From the NCBI RefSeq assembly GCF_035084215.1, contig NW_027138525.1, positions 1-44,241 on the forward strand: DNA of 44,241 nt, in the 5' to 3' direction. Positions 1 to 12,199 of the stretch are shown piece by piece. Positions within the stretch are counted from its first letter, which is position 1. Every line of letters begins with the position of its first letter. A program made the translations under genes and the position numbers. The stretch is from Heptranchias perlo (Eukaryota). The notes beneath the pieces are model-generated. The model had not been told where the DNA came from. It made no database searches and saw only the letters and a list, made by a program, of their open reading frames with translations.

Positions 1-2880
1 TGGGGAGAGAGAGAGGGAGGTTTGGGGGGTTGGTGAGAGAGGATTTGGAGGGTCGGGAGAGAGGAGTTTGCAGGGTCGGAGAGTGGGGATTTGGAGGGTC
101 GGAGAGACAGGGGGTCCAGAGGGTCGGAGGGTGAGGGGGTCCGGAGTGTCGGAGAGGGAGGATTTGGAGGGTGGGAGAGAGAGGATTTGGAGGGTCAGAG
201 GGAGGAGTTTGGAGGATCAGAGAGAGAGGAGTTTGGAGGGTCAGGGAGAGGAGTTTGGAGGGTCAGAGAGAAGAGTTTGGAGGGTCAGAGGGAGGAGTTT
301 GGAGGATCAGAGAGAGAGGAGTTTGGAGGGTCAGGGAGAGGAGTTTGGAGGGTCAGAGAGAAGAGTTTGGAGGGTCGGAGGGAGCGGAGTTTGGAGCGTT
401 GGTGAGAGAGGAGTTTGGAGGGTCAGGGAGAGGAGTTTGGAGGGTCGGAGAGAGAGGAGTTTGGAGAGTCAGAGAGAGAGGAGTTTGGAGGGTCGGAGAG
501 AGGAGTTTGGAGGGTCAGAGAGAGGAGTTTGGAGGGTCGGAGAGAGAGGAGTTTGGAGGGTCGGAGAGAGAGGAGTTTGGAGGGTCAGAGAGAGAGGAGT
601 TTGGAGGGTCGGAGAGAGGAGTTTGGAGGGTCGGAGAGAGAGGAGTTTGGAGAGTCGGGAGAGCGAGGAGTTTGGAGGGTCAGAGAGAGAGGAGTTTGGA
701 GGGTCGGAGAGAGGAGTTTGGAGGGTCGGAGAGAGAGGAGTTTGGAGGGTCAGAGAGAGGAGTTTGGAGGGTCGGAGAGAGGAGTTTGGAGGGTCGGAGA
801 GAGAGGAGTTTGGAGGGTCGGAGAGCGAGGAGTTTGGAAGGTCAGAGAGAGAGGAGTTTGGAGGGTCGGAGAGTGGGGATTTGGAGGGTCGGAGAGAGGA
901 GTTTGGAGGGTCAGAGAGAGGAGTTTGGGGGGTTGGCGAATGGGGATTTGGAGGGTCGGAGAGAGGAGTTTGGAGGGTCAGAGAGAGGAGTTTGGAGGGT
1001 CAGAGAGAGGAGTTTGGAGGGTCAGAGAGAGAGGAGTTTGGAAGGTCAGAGAGAGGAGTTTGGAGGGTCGGAGAGCAAGGAGTTTGGAGGGTCAGAGGGA
1101 GAGGGGTTTAGAGGGTTGGTGAGAGAGGAGTTTGGAGGGTCAGAGAGAGGAGTTTGGAGGGTCGGAGAGAGAGGAGTTTGGAGGGTCAGAGAGAGGAGTT
1201 TGGAGGGTCGGAGAGAGGAGTTTAGAGGGTTGGTGAGAGATGAGTTTGGAGGGTCAGAGAGAGGAGTTTGGAGGGTCAAAGAGAGAGGAGTTTGGCGGGA
1301 CAAAGAGAGAGGAGTTTGGAGGGTCGGAGAGAGAGGAGTTTGGAGGGTCAGAGAGAGGAGTTTGGAGGGTCGGAGAGAGGAGTTTGGAGGGTCGGAGAGA
1401 GAGGAGTTTGGAGGGTCGGAGAGTGGGGATTTGGAGGGTCGGAGAGAGGAGTTTGGAGGGTCGGAGAGAGAGGAGTTTGGAGGGTCGGAGAGTGGGGATT
1501 TGGAGAATTGGAGGGAGAGGACTTTGGAGGGTCGGAAAGAGGAGTTTGGAGAGTCGGAGAGAGAGGATTTGGAGATTGGGAGAGAGGGGAGTTTGGAGGG
1601 TCGGAGAGAGGAGTTTGGAGGGTCGGAGAAAGAGAGGGGTTCAGAGGGTTGGAGAGGGAAGTGGTTCGGAGGGTCAGAGGGGGAGGGGGTTCGGAGGGTC
1701 GGAGAGGGAGGTGGTTCGGAGGGTCGGAGAGGGGAGGGGGTTCGGAGGGTCAGAGAGGGATGGGAATTCGGAGGGTCGGAGAGGGAGGGGGGTTCGGAGG
1801 GTCGGAGATGGAGGAATTTGGAGGGTCGGAGAGGTAGAGGGTTCGGAGGGTCGGAGACGGAGGTGTTCGGAGGGTCGGAGACGGAGGTGTTCGGAGGGTC
1901 GGACAGGGAGGGGGTCCGGAGGGTTGCAGAGGGAGGGGGTTCGGCAGGGTCAGAGAGGGAGGGGAGTTCGGAGGGTCGGAGAGAGAGGGGGGTTCGGAGG
2001 GTCGGAGGGCGAGGGGGGAGTTTGGAGGGGTCGGAGACGGAAGGGGGGTTCGGAGGGTCGGAGAGGGAGGGGTTCGAGGGCGAGGGGATTCGGAGGGTCG
2101 GAGAGGGAGGGGGGTTCGGAGGGTCGGAGAGGGAAGGGGGGTTCGGAGGGTCGGAGAGAGAGGGGGGTTCGGAGGGTCGGAGAGAGGGGGGTTCGGAGGG
2201 TCGAGTGGGAGGGGGGTTCGGAGGGTCGGAGAGGGAGGGGGTTCGGAGGGCGAGGGGATTCGGAGGGTCGGAGAGGGAGGGGGTTCGGAGGGCGAGGGAT
2301 TCGGAGGGTCGACGGAGGGACGGAGGGGTTCGAAGGGGTCGGAGAGGAGGGGGGTTCGGAGGGTCGGAGAGAGGGGGGTTCGGAGGGTCGGAGAGGGAGG
2401 GGGGTTCGGAGGGGAGTCGGAGAGGGAGGGGGTTCGGAGGGCGAGGGGATTCGGAGGGTCGGAGAGGGAGGGGGTTCGGAGGGCGAGGGGATTCGGAGGG
2501 TCGGAGACGGAGGTGTTCGAAGGGTCGGAGAGGGAGGGGGGTTCGGAGGGTCAGAGAGGGAGGGGGGTTTGGAGGGTCGGAGAGAGAGGGGGGTTCGGAG
2601 GGTCGGAGAGGAGAGGGGAGTTCGGAGGGTCGGAGAGGAGCGGGGTTCGGAGGGTCGAGAGGAGGGTCGGAGGGCGGAGGGGGTCGGAGGGTCGGAGAGG
2701 AGGGTGTCGGAGGGTCGGAGAGGAGGAGGGGGGTTCGGAGGTCGAGCGAGGGGTCGGAGGGTCGAGAGGGGTCGGAGGGTAGGAGGGCGAGGGGGTCCGG
2801 AGGGTCGGAGACGGCGAGGGGGGAGAGGGGGTCCGGAGGGTCGGAGAGAGAGGGGCGTTCAGAGGGTGGAGGGTCAGCGG
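1..2880 (+). repeat. G/purine-rich minisatellite (~21-25 bp unit GGAGTTTGGAGGGTCGGAGAGA, grading into GGGGGTTCGGAGGGTCGGAGAGGGA); presumed last intron of the SCNN1A-like gene
   Basis: Core GGAGGGTC(G/A)GAGA recurs throughout. The + strand is almost devoid of C. The array ends just before a polypyrimidine tract and TAG acceptor at 2941-2943. Confidence 0.95.
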
Positions 2881-2943
2881 GGAGGGAACCTCAGCCTGCT
2901 CCCCCTCCCTGACCCCCCCCTCTTCCCCTCCGTCCCTCCGTAG

Positions 2944-3326
2944 GTGGGTCCTGATGTTGTCCAGTCTGGGGCAGCCAGTGGAGCCTTCTGGTTTGGCTCG
3001 TCCGTCCTCTCCGTGGCCGAGCTGCTCGAACTCGTCCTCGACACCCTGGCCCTCACCGCCATCGTGGGCCTGGGTCTCCGTTCGGGCCGCCGCTGACCCC
3101 CCCGCCCCAGGAGACTCGCCCCGCGCCCCCCTCCCCTCGCCCCGGACCCCCGCCTTGCAAGGGACGCGGGACCCCCGGAGCCCAGGGGGAGCCCCCGGGC
3201 CCCCATCCCACCTCCCGACCTCGGCCTCTTCGACCCCCCTGGCCCATTACAGCCCGCCCCCGGCTTACGATTCCCTCGGGGGGACGGAGAGGGGGGAGCG
3301 AGGAGGAGATGGGAACGGCCCTCTGA
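2944..3326 (+). CDS. SCNN1A: Terminal coding exon of epithelial sodium channel alpha-type subunit (pre-M2/TM2 and C-terminal PY motif), frameshifted as assembled
   Basis: Polypyrimidine tract + TAG|GTG. Removing three single extra bases (GGG, GGGG, TT) gives [40 protein letters not shown], matching ENaC-alpha [32 protein letters not shown] at the same phase-0 exon start. PPPAYDSL (3254-3277) is the Nedd4-binding PY motif. The 3' end (TGA 3324-3326) is tentative because further frameshifts are needed to reach it. Confidence 0.85.
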
Positions 3327-5949
3327 GACCTCGGACCCCCCCCCCCCCCGTCCCCCCGAAACTGGGGGGGTCTCCTCACCCCCCCAAAACTGAGGGGACT
3401 CCTCACCTCCCCCCAAACTGAGGGGACTCCTCACCCCCCAAACTGTGGGGTCTCCTCACCCCCCCAAACTGAGGGGACTCCTCACCCCCCAAACTGTGGG
3501 GACTCCTCACCCCCCAAACTGAGGGGACTCCTCACCCCCCCCCCAAACTGTGGGGACTCCTCACCCCCCCCCCAAACTGTGGGGTCTCCTCACCCCCCAA
3601 ACTGTGGGGGTCTCCTCACCCCCCCAAACTGTGGGGGACTCCTCACCCCCCCCCCAAACTGTGGGGACTCCTCACCCCCCCCAAACTGTGGGGACTCCTC
3701 ACCCCCCCCCCAAACTGTGGGGACTCCTCACCCCCCCCCAAAACTGTGGGGGACTCCTCACCCCCCCAAACTGTGGGGACTCCTCACCCCCCCAAACTGA
3801 GGGGACTCCTCACCCCCCAAACTGAGGGGACTCCTCACCCCCCCAAACTGTGGGGACTCCTCACCCCCCAAACTGTGGGGACTCCTCACCTCCCCCCAAA
3901 CTGTGGGGACTCCTCACCTCCCAAACTGTGGGGACTCCTCACACCCCCAAACTGTGGGGACTCCTCACCCCCCCAAAACTGTGGGGACTCCTCACCTCCC
4001 CCCCAAACTCTGAGGGACTCCTCACCCCCCCAAACTGTGGGGACTCCTCACCCCCCCCCCCAAACTCGTGGGGACTCCTCACCCCCCCCAAACTGTGGGG
4101 ACTCCTCACCCCCCAAACTGAGGGGACTCACCCCTCCCAAACTGAGGGGACTCCTCACCCCCCAAACTGTGGGGACTCCTCACCCCCCCCCCAAACTGAG
4201 GGGACTCCTCACCCCCCCAAACTGAGGGGACTCCTCACCCCCCCAAACTGTGGGGACTCCTCACCCCCCCCCAAACTGAGGGGACTCTTCACCCCCCCAA
4301 ACTGAGGGGACTCCTCACCCCCCAAACTGAGGGGACTCCTCACCCCCCCCAAACTGTGGGGTCTCCTCACCCCCCCAAACTGTGGGGACTCCTCACCCCC
4401 CCCAAACTGTGGGGACTCCTCACCCCCCCCAAACTGAGGGGGACTCCTCACCCCCCCCAAACTGTGGGGTCTCCTCACCCCCCCAAACTGTGGGGACTCC
4501 TCACCCCCCCAAACTGTGGGGACTCCTCACCCCTCAAACTGAGGGGACTCCTCACCCCCCAAACTCTGGGGACTCCTCACCCCCCCAAACTGAGGGGACT
4601 CCTCGCCCCCCCAAACTGTGGGGTCTCCTCACCCCCCCAAACTGTGGGGACTCCTCACCCCCCCCCCCAAACTGTGGGGACTCCTCACCCCCCCCCCCAA
4701 ACTGTGGGGACTCCTCACCCCCAAACTGTGGGGACTCCTCACCCCCCAAACTGTGGGGACTCCTCACCCCCCCAAACTGTGGGGACTCCTCACCTCCCCC
4801 CAAACTGTGGGGACTCCTCACCCCCCTCAAACTGTGGGGACTCCTCACCCCCGCCAAACTGTGGGGACTCCTCACCCCCCCCAAACTGTGGGGACTCCTC
4901 ACCCCCCCCAAACTGTGGGGACTCCTCACCCCCCCCAAAACTGTGGGGACTCCTCACCCCCCAAACTGTGGGGACTCCTCACCCCCCCCAAACTGAGGGG
5001 GACTCCTCACCCCCCCCAAACTGAGGGGACTCCTCACCCCCCCCAAACTGTGGGGACTCCTCACCCCCCAAACTGTGGGGACTCCTCACCCCCCCAAACT
5101 GTGGGGACTCCTCACCCCCCCCAAACTGTGGGGACTCCTCACCCCCCCAAACTGTGGGGACTCCTCACTCCCCCAAACTGTGGGGACTCCTCACCCCCCC
5201 CCAAACTGTGGGGACTCCTCACCCCCCCCCCCCAAACTGTGGGGACTCCTCACCCCCCCCCAAACTGTGGGGGACTCCTCACCCCCCCCAAACTGTGGGG
5301 ACTCCTCACCCCCCCAAACTGTGGGGACTCCTCACCCCCCAAACTGTGGGGACTCCTCAACCCCCCCCCCAAACTGTGGGGACTCCTCACCCCCCCCAAA
5401 CTGTGGGGACTCCTCACCCCCCAAACTGTGGGGACTCCTCACCCCCCCCCAAACTGAGGGGGACTCCTCACCCCCCCCCCCAAACTGAGGGGGACTCCTC
5501 ACCCCCCCCAAACTGTGGGGACTCCTCACCCCCAAACTGTGGGGACTCCTCACCCCCCCCCCAAACTGTGGGGTCTCCTCACCCCCCAAACTGAGGGGAC
5601 TCCTCACCCCCCCCAAACTGTGGGGACTCCTCACCCCCCCCCAAACTGTGGGGTCTCCTCACCCCCCAAACTGTGGGACTCCTCACCTCCCCCCCAAACT
5701 GTGGGGTCTCCTCACCCCCCAAACTGTGGGACTCCTCACCCCCCCAAACTGTGGGGACTCCTCACCCTCCCAAACTGTGGGGACTCCTCACCCCCCCAAA
5801 CTGTCGGGACTCCTCACCCCCCAAACTGTGGGGACTCCTCAACCCCCCCCAAACTGTGGGGACTCCTCACCCCCCCAAACTGTGGGGTCTCCTCACCCCC
5901 CCCAAACTGTGGGGTCTCCTCACCCCCCAAACTGTGGGGACTCCTCACC

Positions 5950-6420
5950 ACCCCCGCCCCCCCCATCAGCAGGACCTCGCTCCAGGAGATTGCTCGCCCT
6001 CCATCGAAGCTCGCTCCCCGAGGAGGGACTACGTTTCGTTGCCGAGTTCCGTGACAAGAACGGACGAGTCGCAAAGGACTCGATGGGGAGCGGACGATGA
6101 AAGATGGAGCTTTCCCCCGTCAACCAGATCGTCACAGTCAACGGAGGGGAAGGGAGCCGAGCTCTGGCGTCGCTCGAGACTGGAGATCGGCCTGGGGAGG
6201 GCGGGGGGGGGGGGGGGAAAGGGGTGCGGTGGGGGGGGAGGGGGCACGTTTGGGAATAAAAGCCAGCCCGGGGTCCGCACTCCTGATCCCTGACCCGGAA
6301 AACCCCCGGTCGGATGTAACCTGGGGGGCGAGCGGTGTGATTCGAGGCGATGCCCCCCGCAGTCGAATAGCTGGCCGGGGAGAACTGCCCGGGGGGTGGC
6401 GTGGGGTCTCCGCCCTACGC
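5950..6420 (+). repeat. CpG-rich ~460-bp cassette, copy 1 (AATAAA at 6255-6260); probable SCNN1A-like 3' end
   Basis: ATCAGCAGGACC...GGGAATAAAAGCC...CCGCCC, near-identical to the copies at ~7040, ~9495 and ~11650. Confidence 0.85.
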
Positions 6421-7039
6421 CCCTCCCAAACTGTGCAGACTCCTCACCCCCCCCAAACTGTGGGGACTCCTCACCCCCCCCAAACTGTGGGGACTCCTCA
6501 CCCCCCCCAAACTGTGGGGACACCTCACCCCCCAAACTGTGGGGACTCCTCACCCCCCCCCCCAAACTGTGGGGACTCCTCACCCCCCCAAACTGAGGGG
6601 ACTCCTCACTCCCCCAAACTGTGGGGACTCCTCACCCCCCCAAACTGTGGGGACTCCTCACCCCCCAAACTGTGGGGACTCCTCACCCCCCCAAACTGTG
6701 GGGACTCCTCACCTCCCCCCAAACTGAGGGGACTCCTCACTCCCCCAAACTGTGGGGACTCCTCACCCCCCCCCCCCAAACTGAGGGGACTCCTCACCCC
6801 CCCAAACTGAGGGGACTCCTCAACCCTCAAACTGAGGGGACTCCTCACCCCCAAACTGAGGGGACTCCTCACCTCCCCCCAAACTGTGGGGACTCCTCAC
6901 CCACCCCCAAACTGTGGGGACTCCTCACCCACCCCCCAAACTGTGGGGTCTCCTCACCCCCCAAACTGTGGGGACTCCTCACCCCCCCCAAACTGTGGGG
7001 ACTCCTCACCCCTCCAAACTGTGGGGACTCCTCACCACC

Positions 7040-7510
7040 CCGCCCCCCCCATCAGCAGGACCCTCGCTCCAGGAGATTGCTCGCCCCTCCATCGAAGCTC
7101 GCTCCCCGAGGAGGGACTACGTTTCGTTGCCGAGTTCCGTGACAAGAACGGACGAGTCGCAAAGGACTCGATGGGGAGCGGACGATGAAAGATGGAGCTT
7201 TCCCCCGTCAACCAGATCGTCACAGTCAACGGAGGGGAAGGGAGCCGAGCTCTGGCGTCGCTCGAGACTGGAGATCGGCCTGGGGAGGGCGGGGGGGGGG
7301 GGAAAGGGGTGCGGTGGGGGGGGGAGGGGGCACGTTTGGGAATAAAAGCCAGCCCGGGGTCCGCACTCCTGATCCCTGACCCCGGAAAACCCCGGTCGGA
7401 AGTAACCTTGGGGGCGAGCGGTGTGATTCGAGGCGATGCCCCACGCAGTCGAATAGCTGGCCAGGGAGAACTGCCCGGGGGGTGGCGTGGGGTCTCCGCC
7501 CTACGCCCCT
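7040..7510 (+). repeat. Cassette copy 2 (AATAAA at 7341-7346)
   Basis: Direct sequence identity to copy 1 with a few substitutions. Confidence 0.85.
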
Positions 7511-9494
7511 CCCAAACTGTGCGGACTCCTCACCCCCCCAAACTTTGGGGACTCCTCACCACCCCCCAAACTGTGGGGACTCCTCACCCCTCAAACTGTG
7601 GGGACTCCTCACCCCCCCAAACTGTGGGGACTCCTCACCCCCCCCAAACTGTGGGGACTCCTCACCCCCCCAAACTGTGGGGACTCCTCACCCCCCCAAA
7701 CTGTGGGGACTCCTCACCCCCCCCAAACTGTGGGGACACCTCACCCCCCCAAACTGTGGGGACTCCTCACCTCCCCAAACTGTGGGGACTCCTCACCCCC
7801 CCCCCAAACTGTGGGGACTCCTCACCACCCCCCCAAACTGTGGGGACTCCTCACCCCCCCCCCAAACTGTGGGGACTCCTCACCCCCCCAAACTGTGGGG
7901 ACTCCTCACCCCCCCAAACTGTGGGGACTCCTCACCCCCCAAACTGTGGGGACTCCTCACCCCCCCCCAAACTGAGGGGACTCCTCACCCCCAAACTGTG
8001 GGGGACTCCTCACCCCCCAAACTGTGGGGACTCCTCACCCCCCCAAACTGTGGGGACTCCTCACCTCCCCAAACTGTGGGGACTCCTCACCTCCCCCAAA
8101 CTGTGGGGACTCCTCACCTCCCCAAACTGTGGGGACTCCTCACCTCCCCCAAACTGTGGGGACTCCTCACCTCCCCCCAAACTGTGGGGACTCCTCACCC
8201 CCCCAAACTGTGGGGACTCCTCACCCCCCCCAAACTGTGGGGACTCCTCACCTCCCCCCAAACTGTGGGGACTCCTCACCCCCCAAACTGAGGGGACTCC
8301 TCACCTCCCCAAACTGAGGGGACTCCTCACCTCCCCAAACTGAGGGGACTCCTCACCCCCACAAACTGTGGGGACTCCTCACCCCCCCCCAAACTGAGGG
8401 GACTCCTCACCCCCCCCAAACTGTGGGGACTCCTCACCCCCCCAAACTGTGGGGACTCCTCACCCCCCCCAAACTGTGGGGACTCCTCACCCCCCCCAAA
8501 CTGTGGGGACTCCTCACCCCCCCAAACTGAGGGGACTCCTCACCCCCCCAAACTGAGGGGACTCCTCACCTCCCAAACTGTGGGGACTCCTCACCCCCCC
8601 AAACTGTGGGGTCTCCTCACCCCCCAAACTGTGGGGACTCCTCACCTCCCCAAACTGTGGGGACTCCTCACCCCCCAAACTGTGGGGACTCCTCACCCCC
8701 CCCAAACTGTGGGGACTCCTCACCCCCCCCCCCCCAAACTGAGGGGACTCCTCACCCCCCCAAACTGAGGGGACTCCTCAACCCTCAAACTGAGGGGACT
8801 CCTCAACCCTCAAACTGAGGGGACTCCTCACCCCCTCAAACTGTGGGGACTCCTCACCCCCAAACTGTGGGGACTCCTCACCCCCCCCCCAAACTGTGGG
8901 GTCTCCTCACCCCCCAAAACTGAGGGGACTCCTCACCCCCCCCCCAAACTGAGGGGACTCCTCACCCCCCCAAACTGAGGGGACTCCTCAACCCTCAAAC
9001 TGAGGGGACTCCTCACCCCCTCAAACTGTGGGGACTCCTCACCCCCAAACTGTGGGGACTCCTCACCCCCCCCCCAAACTGTGGGGTCTCCTCACCCCCC
9101 AAACTGAGGGGACTCCTCACCCCCCCCCCAAACTGTGGGGACTCCTCACCCCCCCCAAACTGTGGGGTCTCCTCACCCCCCAAACTGTGGGGACTCCTCA
9201 CCTCCCCCCAAACTGTGGGGTCTCCTCACCCCCCAAACTGTGGGGACTCCTCACCCCCCCCAAACTGTGGGGACTCCTCACCCTCCCAAACTGTGGGGAC
9301 TCCTCACCCCCCCAAACTGTCGGGACTCCTCACCCCCCCAAACTGTCGGGACTCCTCACCCCCCAAACTGTGGGGACTCCTCACCCCCCCCAAACTGTGG
9401 GGACTCCTCACCCCCCCAAACTGTGGGGTCTCCTCACCCCCCCCAAACTGTGGGGTCTCCTCACCCCCCAAACTGTGGGGACTCCTCACCACCC

Positions 9495-9970
9495 CCGCCC
9501 CCCCATCAGCAGGACCCTCGCTCCAGGAGATTGCTCGCCCTCCATCGAAGCTCGCTCCCCGAGGAGGGACTACGTTTCGTTGCCGAGTTCCGTGACAAGA
9601 ACGGACGAGTCGCAAAGGACTCGATGGGGAGCGGGCGATGAAAGATGGAGGTTCTCCCCGTCAACCAGATCGTCACAGTCAACGGAGGGGAAGGGAGCCG
9701 AGCTCTGGCGTCGCTCGAGACTGGAGATCGGCCTGGGGAGGGCGGGGGGGGGGGGGGAAAGGGGTGCGGTGGGGGGGGGAGGGGGCACGTTTGGGAATAA
9801 AAGCCAGCCCGGGGTCCGCACCCCTGATCCCTGACCCGGAAAACCCCGGTCGGAAGTAACCTTGGTGGCGAGCGGTGTGATTCGAGGTGATGCCCCCCGC
9901 AGTCGAATAGCTGGCCAGGGAGAACTGCCCGGGGGGTGGCGGGAGGTCTCCGCCATCCGCCCCCCCCCCC
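9495..9970 (+). repeat. Cassette copy 3 (AATAAA at 9796-9801)
   Basis: Direct sequence identity to copies 1 and 2. Confidence 0.85.
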
Positions 9971-11649
9971 CCGCAAACTGTGGGGACTCCTCACCCACCA
10001 GATTCTGGAGACTCCTCACCCCCCCCCTCAACCCGAGGGGACTCCTCACCCCGCAAACTGAGGGGACTCCTCACCCCCCAAACTGAGGGGACTCCTCACC
10101 TCCCCCCAAACTGTGGGGACTCCTCACCCCCCCAAACTGAGGGGACTCCTCACCCCCCCCAAACTGTGGGGACTCCTCACCCCCCCCCCCCAAACTGTGA
10201 GGACTCCTCACCCCCCCCAAACTGTGGGGACTCCTCACCCCCCCCAAACTGTGGGGACTCCTCACCCCCCCAAACTGTGGGGACTCCTCACCCCCCCCAA
10301 ACTGAGGGGACTCCTCACCCCCCCAAACTGTGGGGACTCCTCACCCCCCCAAACTGTGGGGACTCCTCACCCCCCCAAACTGTGGGGACTCCTCACCCCC
10401 CCAAACTGTGGGGACTCCTCACCCCCCCCAAACTGAGGGGACTCCTCACCCCCCCCAAACTGAGGGGACTCCTCACCTCCCAAACTGTGGGGACTCCTCA
10501 CCCCCCCCCCCAAACTGTGAGGACTCCTCACCCCCCCCAAACTGTGGGGACTCCTCACCCCCCCAAACTGAGGGGACTCCTCACCCCCCCAAACTGAGGG
10601 GACTCCGCACCCCCAAACTGAGGGGACTCCTCACCTCCCAAACTGTGGGGACTCCTCACCTCCCCCCAAACTGTGGGGACTCCTCACCCCCCCAAACTGT
10701 GGGGACTCCTCACCCCCCCAAACTGTGGGGGACTCCTCACCTCCCCCCAAACTGTGGGGACTCCTCACCCCCCCCAAACTGTGGGGACTCCTCACCTCCC
10801 CCCAAACTGTGGGGACTCCTCACCCCCCCCCCAAACTGTGGGGACTCCTCACCCCCCCCCAAACTGTGGGGACTCCTCACCCCCCCCCCCCCCAAACTGA
10901 GGGGACTCCTCACCCCCCCAAACTGAGGGGACTCCTCAACCCTCAAACTGAGGGGACTCCTCAACCCTCAAACTGAGGGGACTCCTCACCCCCTCAAACT
11001 GTGGGGACTCCTCACCCCCAAACTGTGGGGACTCCTCACCCCCCCCAAACTGTGGGGTCTCCTCACCCCCCAAACTGAGGGGACTCCTCACCCCCCCCCA
11101 AACTGAGGGGACTCCTCACCCCCCCCAAACTGAGGGGACTCCTCAACCCTCAAACTGAGGGGACTCCTCACCCCCTCAAACTGTGGGGACTCCTCACCCC
11201 CAAACTGTGGGGACTCCTCACCCCCCCCCCAAACTGTGGGGTCTCCTCACCCCCCAAACTGAGGGGACTCCTCACCCCCCCCCCAAACTGTGGGGACTCC
11301 TCACCCCCCCCCAAACTGTGGGGTCTCCTCACCCCCCAAACTGTGGGGACTCCTCACCTCCCCCCAAACTGTGGGTTCTCCTCACCCCCCAAACTGTGGG
11401 GACTCCTCACCCCCCCAAACTGTGGGGACTCCTCACCCTCCCAAACTGTGGGGACTCCTCACCCCCCCAAACTGTCGGGACTCCTCACCCCCCAAACTGT
11501 GGGGACTCCTCACCCCCCCAAACTGTGGGGACTCCTCACCCCCCCAAACTGTGGGGTCTCCTCACCCCCCCAAACTGTGGGGTCTCCTCACCCCCCAAAC
11601 TGTGGGGACTCCTCACCACCCCCCAAACTGTGGGGTCTCCTCACCCCGC

Positions 11650-12120
11650 CCCCCCCATCAGCAGGACCCTCGCTCCAGGAGATTGCTCGCCCTCCATCGA
11701 AGCTCGCTCCCCGAGGAGGGACTACGTTTCGTTGCCGAGTTCCGTGACAAGAACGGACGAGTCGCAAAGGACTCGATGGGGAGCGGGCGATGAAAGATGG
11801 AGCTTTCCCCCGTCAACCAGATCGTCACAGTCAACGGAGGGGAAGGGAGCCGAGCTCTGGCGTCGCTCGAGACTGGAGATCGGCCTGGGGAGGGCGGGGG
11901 GGGGGGGGGGAAAGGGGTGCGGTGGGGGGGCGCACGTTTGGGAATAAAAGCCAGCCCGGGGTCCGCACTCCTGATCCCTGACCCGGAAAACCCCGGTCGG
12001 ATGTAACCTGGGGGGCGAGCGGTGTGATTCGAGGCGATGCCCCACGCAGTCGAATAGCCGACGGGGGAGAACCGCCCGGTGGGTGGCGGGAGGTGTCCGC
12101 CCTCCGCCCCCGCCCCCCCC
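11650..12120 (+). repeat. Cassette copy 4 (AATAAA at 11943-11948), continuous with the unique TAPBPL promoter
   Basis: Same cassette, but it runs into unique CpG-rich sequence instead of back into the minisatellite, so it is probably the source copy. Confidence 0.85.
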
Positions 12121-12199
12121 CACCTCGACCCCCGGCGACCATTCCCCGGGGAGAGAGGAGATCATACCGTTCCGGGCGACCGACGGTTAACTTCGAAAG

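Larger units (their letters stand above)
3350..11650 (+). repeat. ~25-29 bp minisatellite C(n)AAACTG(T/A)GGGGACTCCTCA, interrupted by three copies of a ~460-bp cassette (a fourth copy follows it)
   Basis: Hundreds of units that differ mainly in C-run length and in GTG/GAG and GAC/GTC variants. Confidence 0.97.

Noticed and set aside
2944-3100. SCNN1B, SCNN1G or ASIC identity
   Set aside because: [14 protein letters not shown] is alpha/delta-type (beta has GQFGFWMGGS, gamma has GQLGLWMSCS). The PY motif and TAPBPL linkage favour alpha over delta.
5965-6260. Cassette as a repeated coding exon (e.g. RRLLALHRSSLPEEGLRFVAEFRDKNGRV)
   Set aside because: No recognisable protein similarity, indels between copies shift the frames, and the position after the ENaC terminal exon with AATAAA fits a 3' UTR. 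It cannot be fully excluded without RNA data.
68-11950. Long Gly/Arg/Glu-rich and Pro-rich ORFs (up to 913 aa)
   Set aside because: They are translations of stop-poor minisatellites, open in several frames and on both strands, with no domain content.
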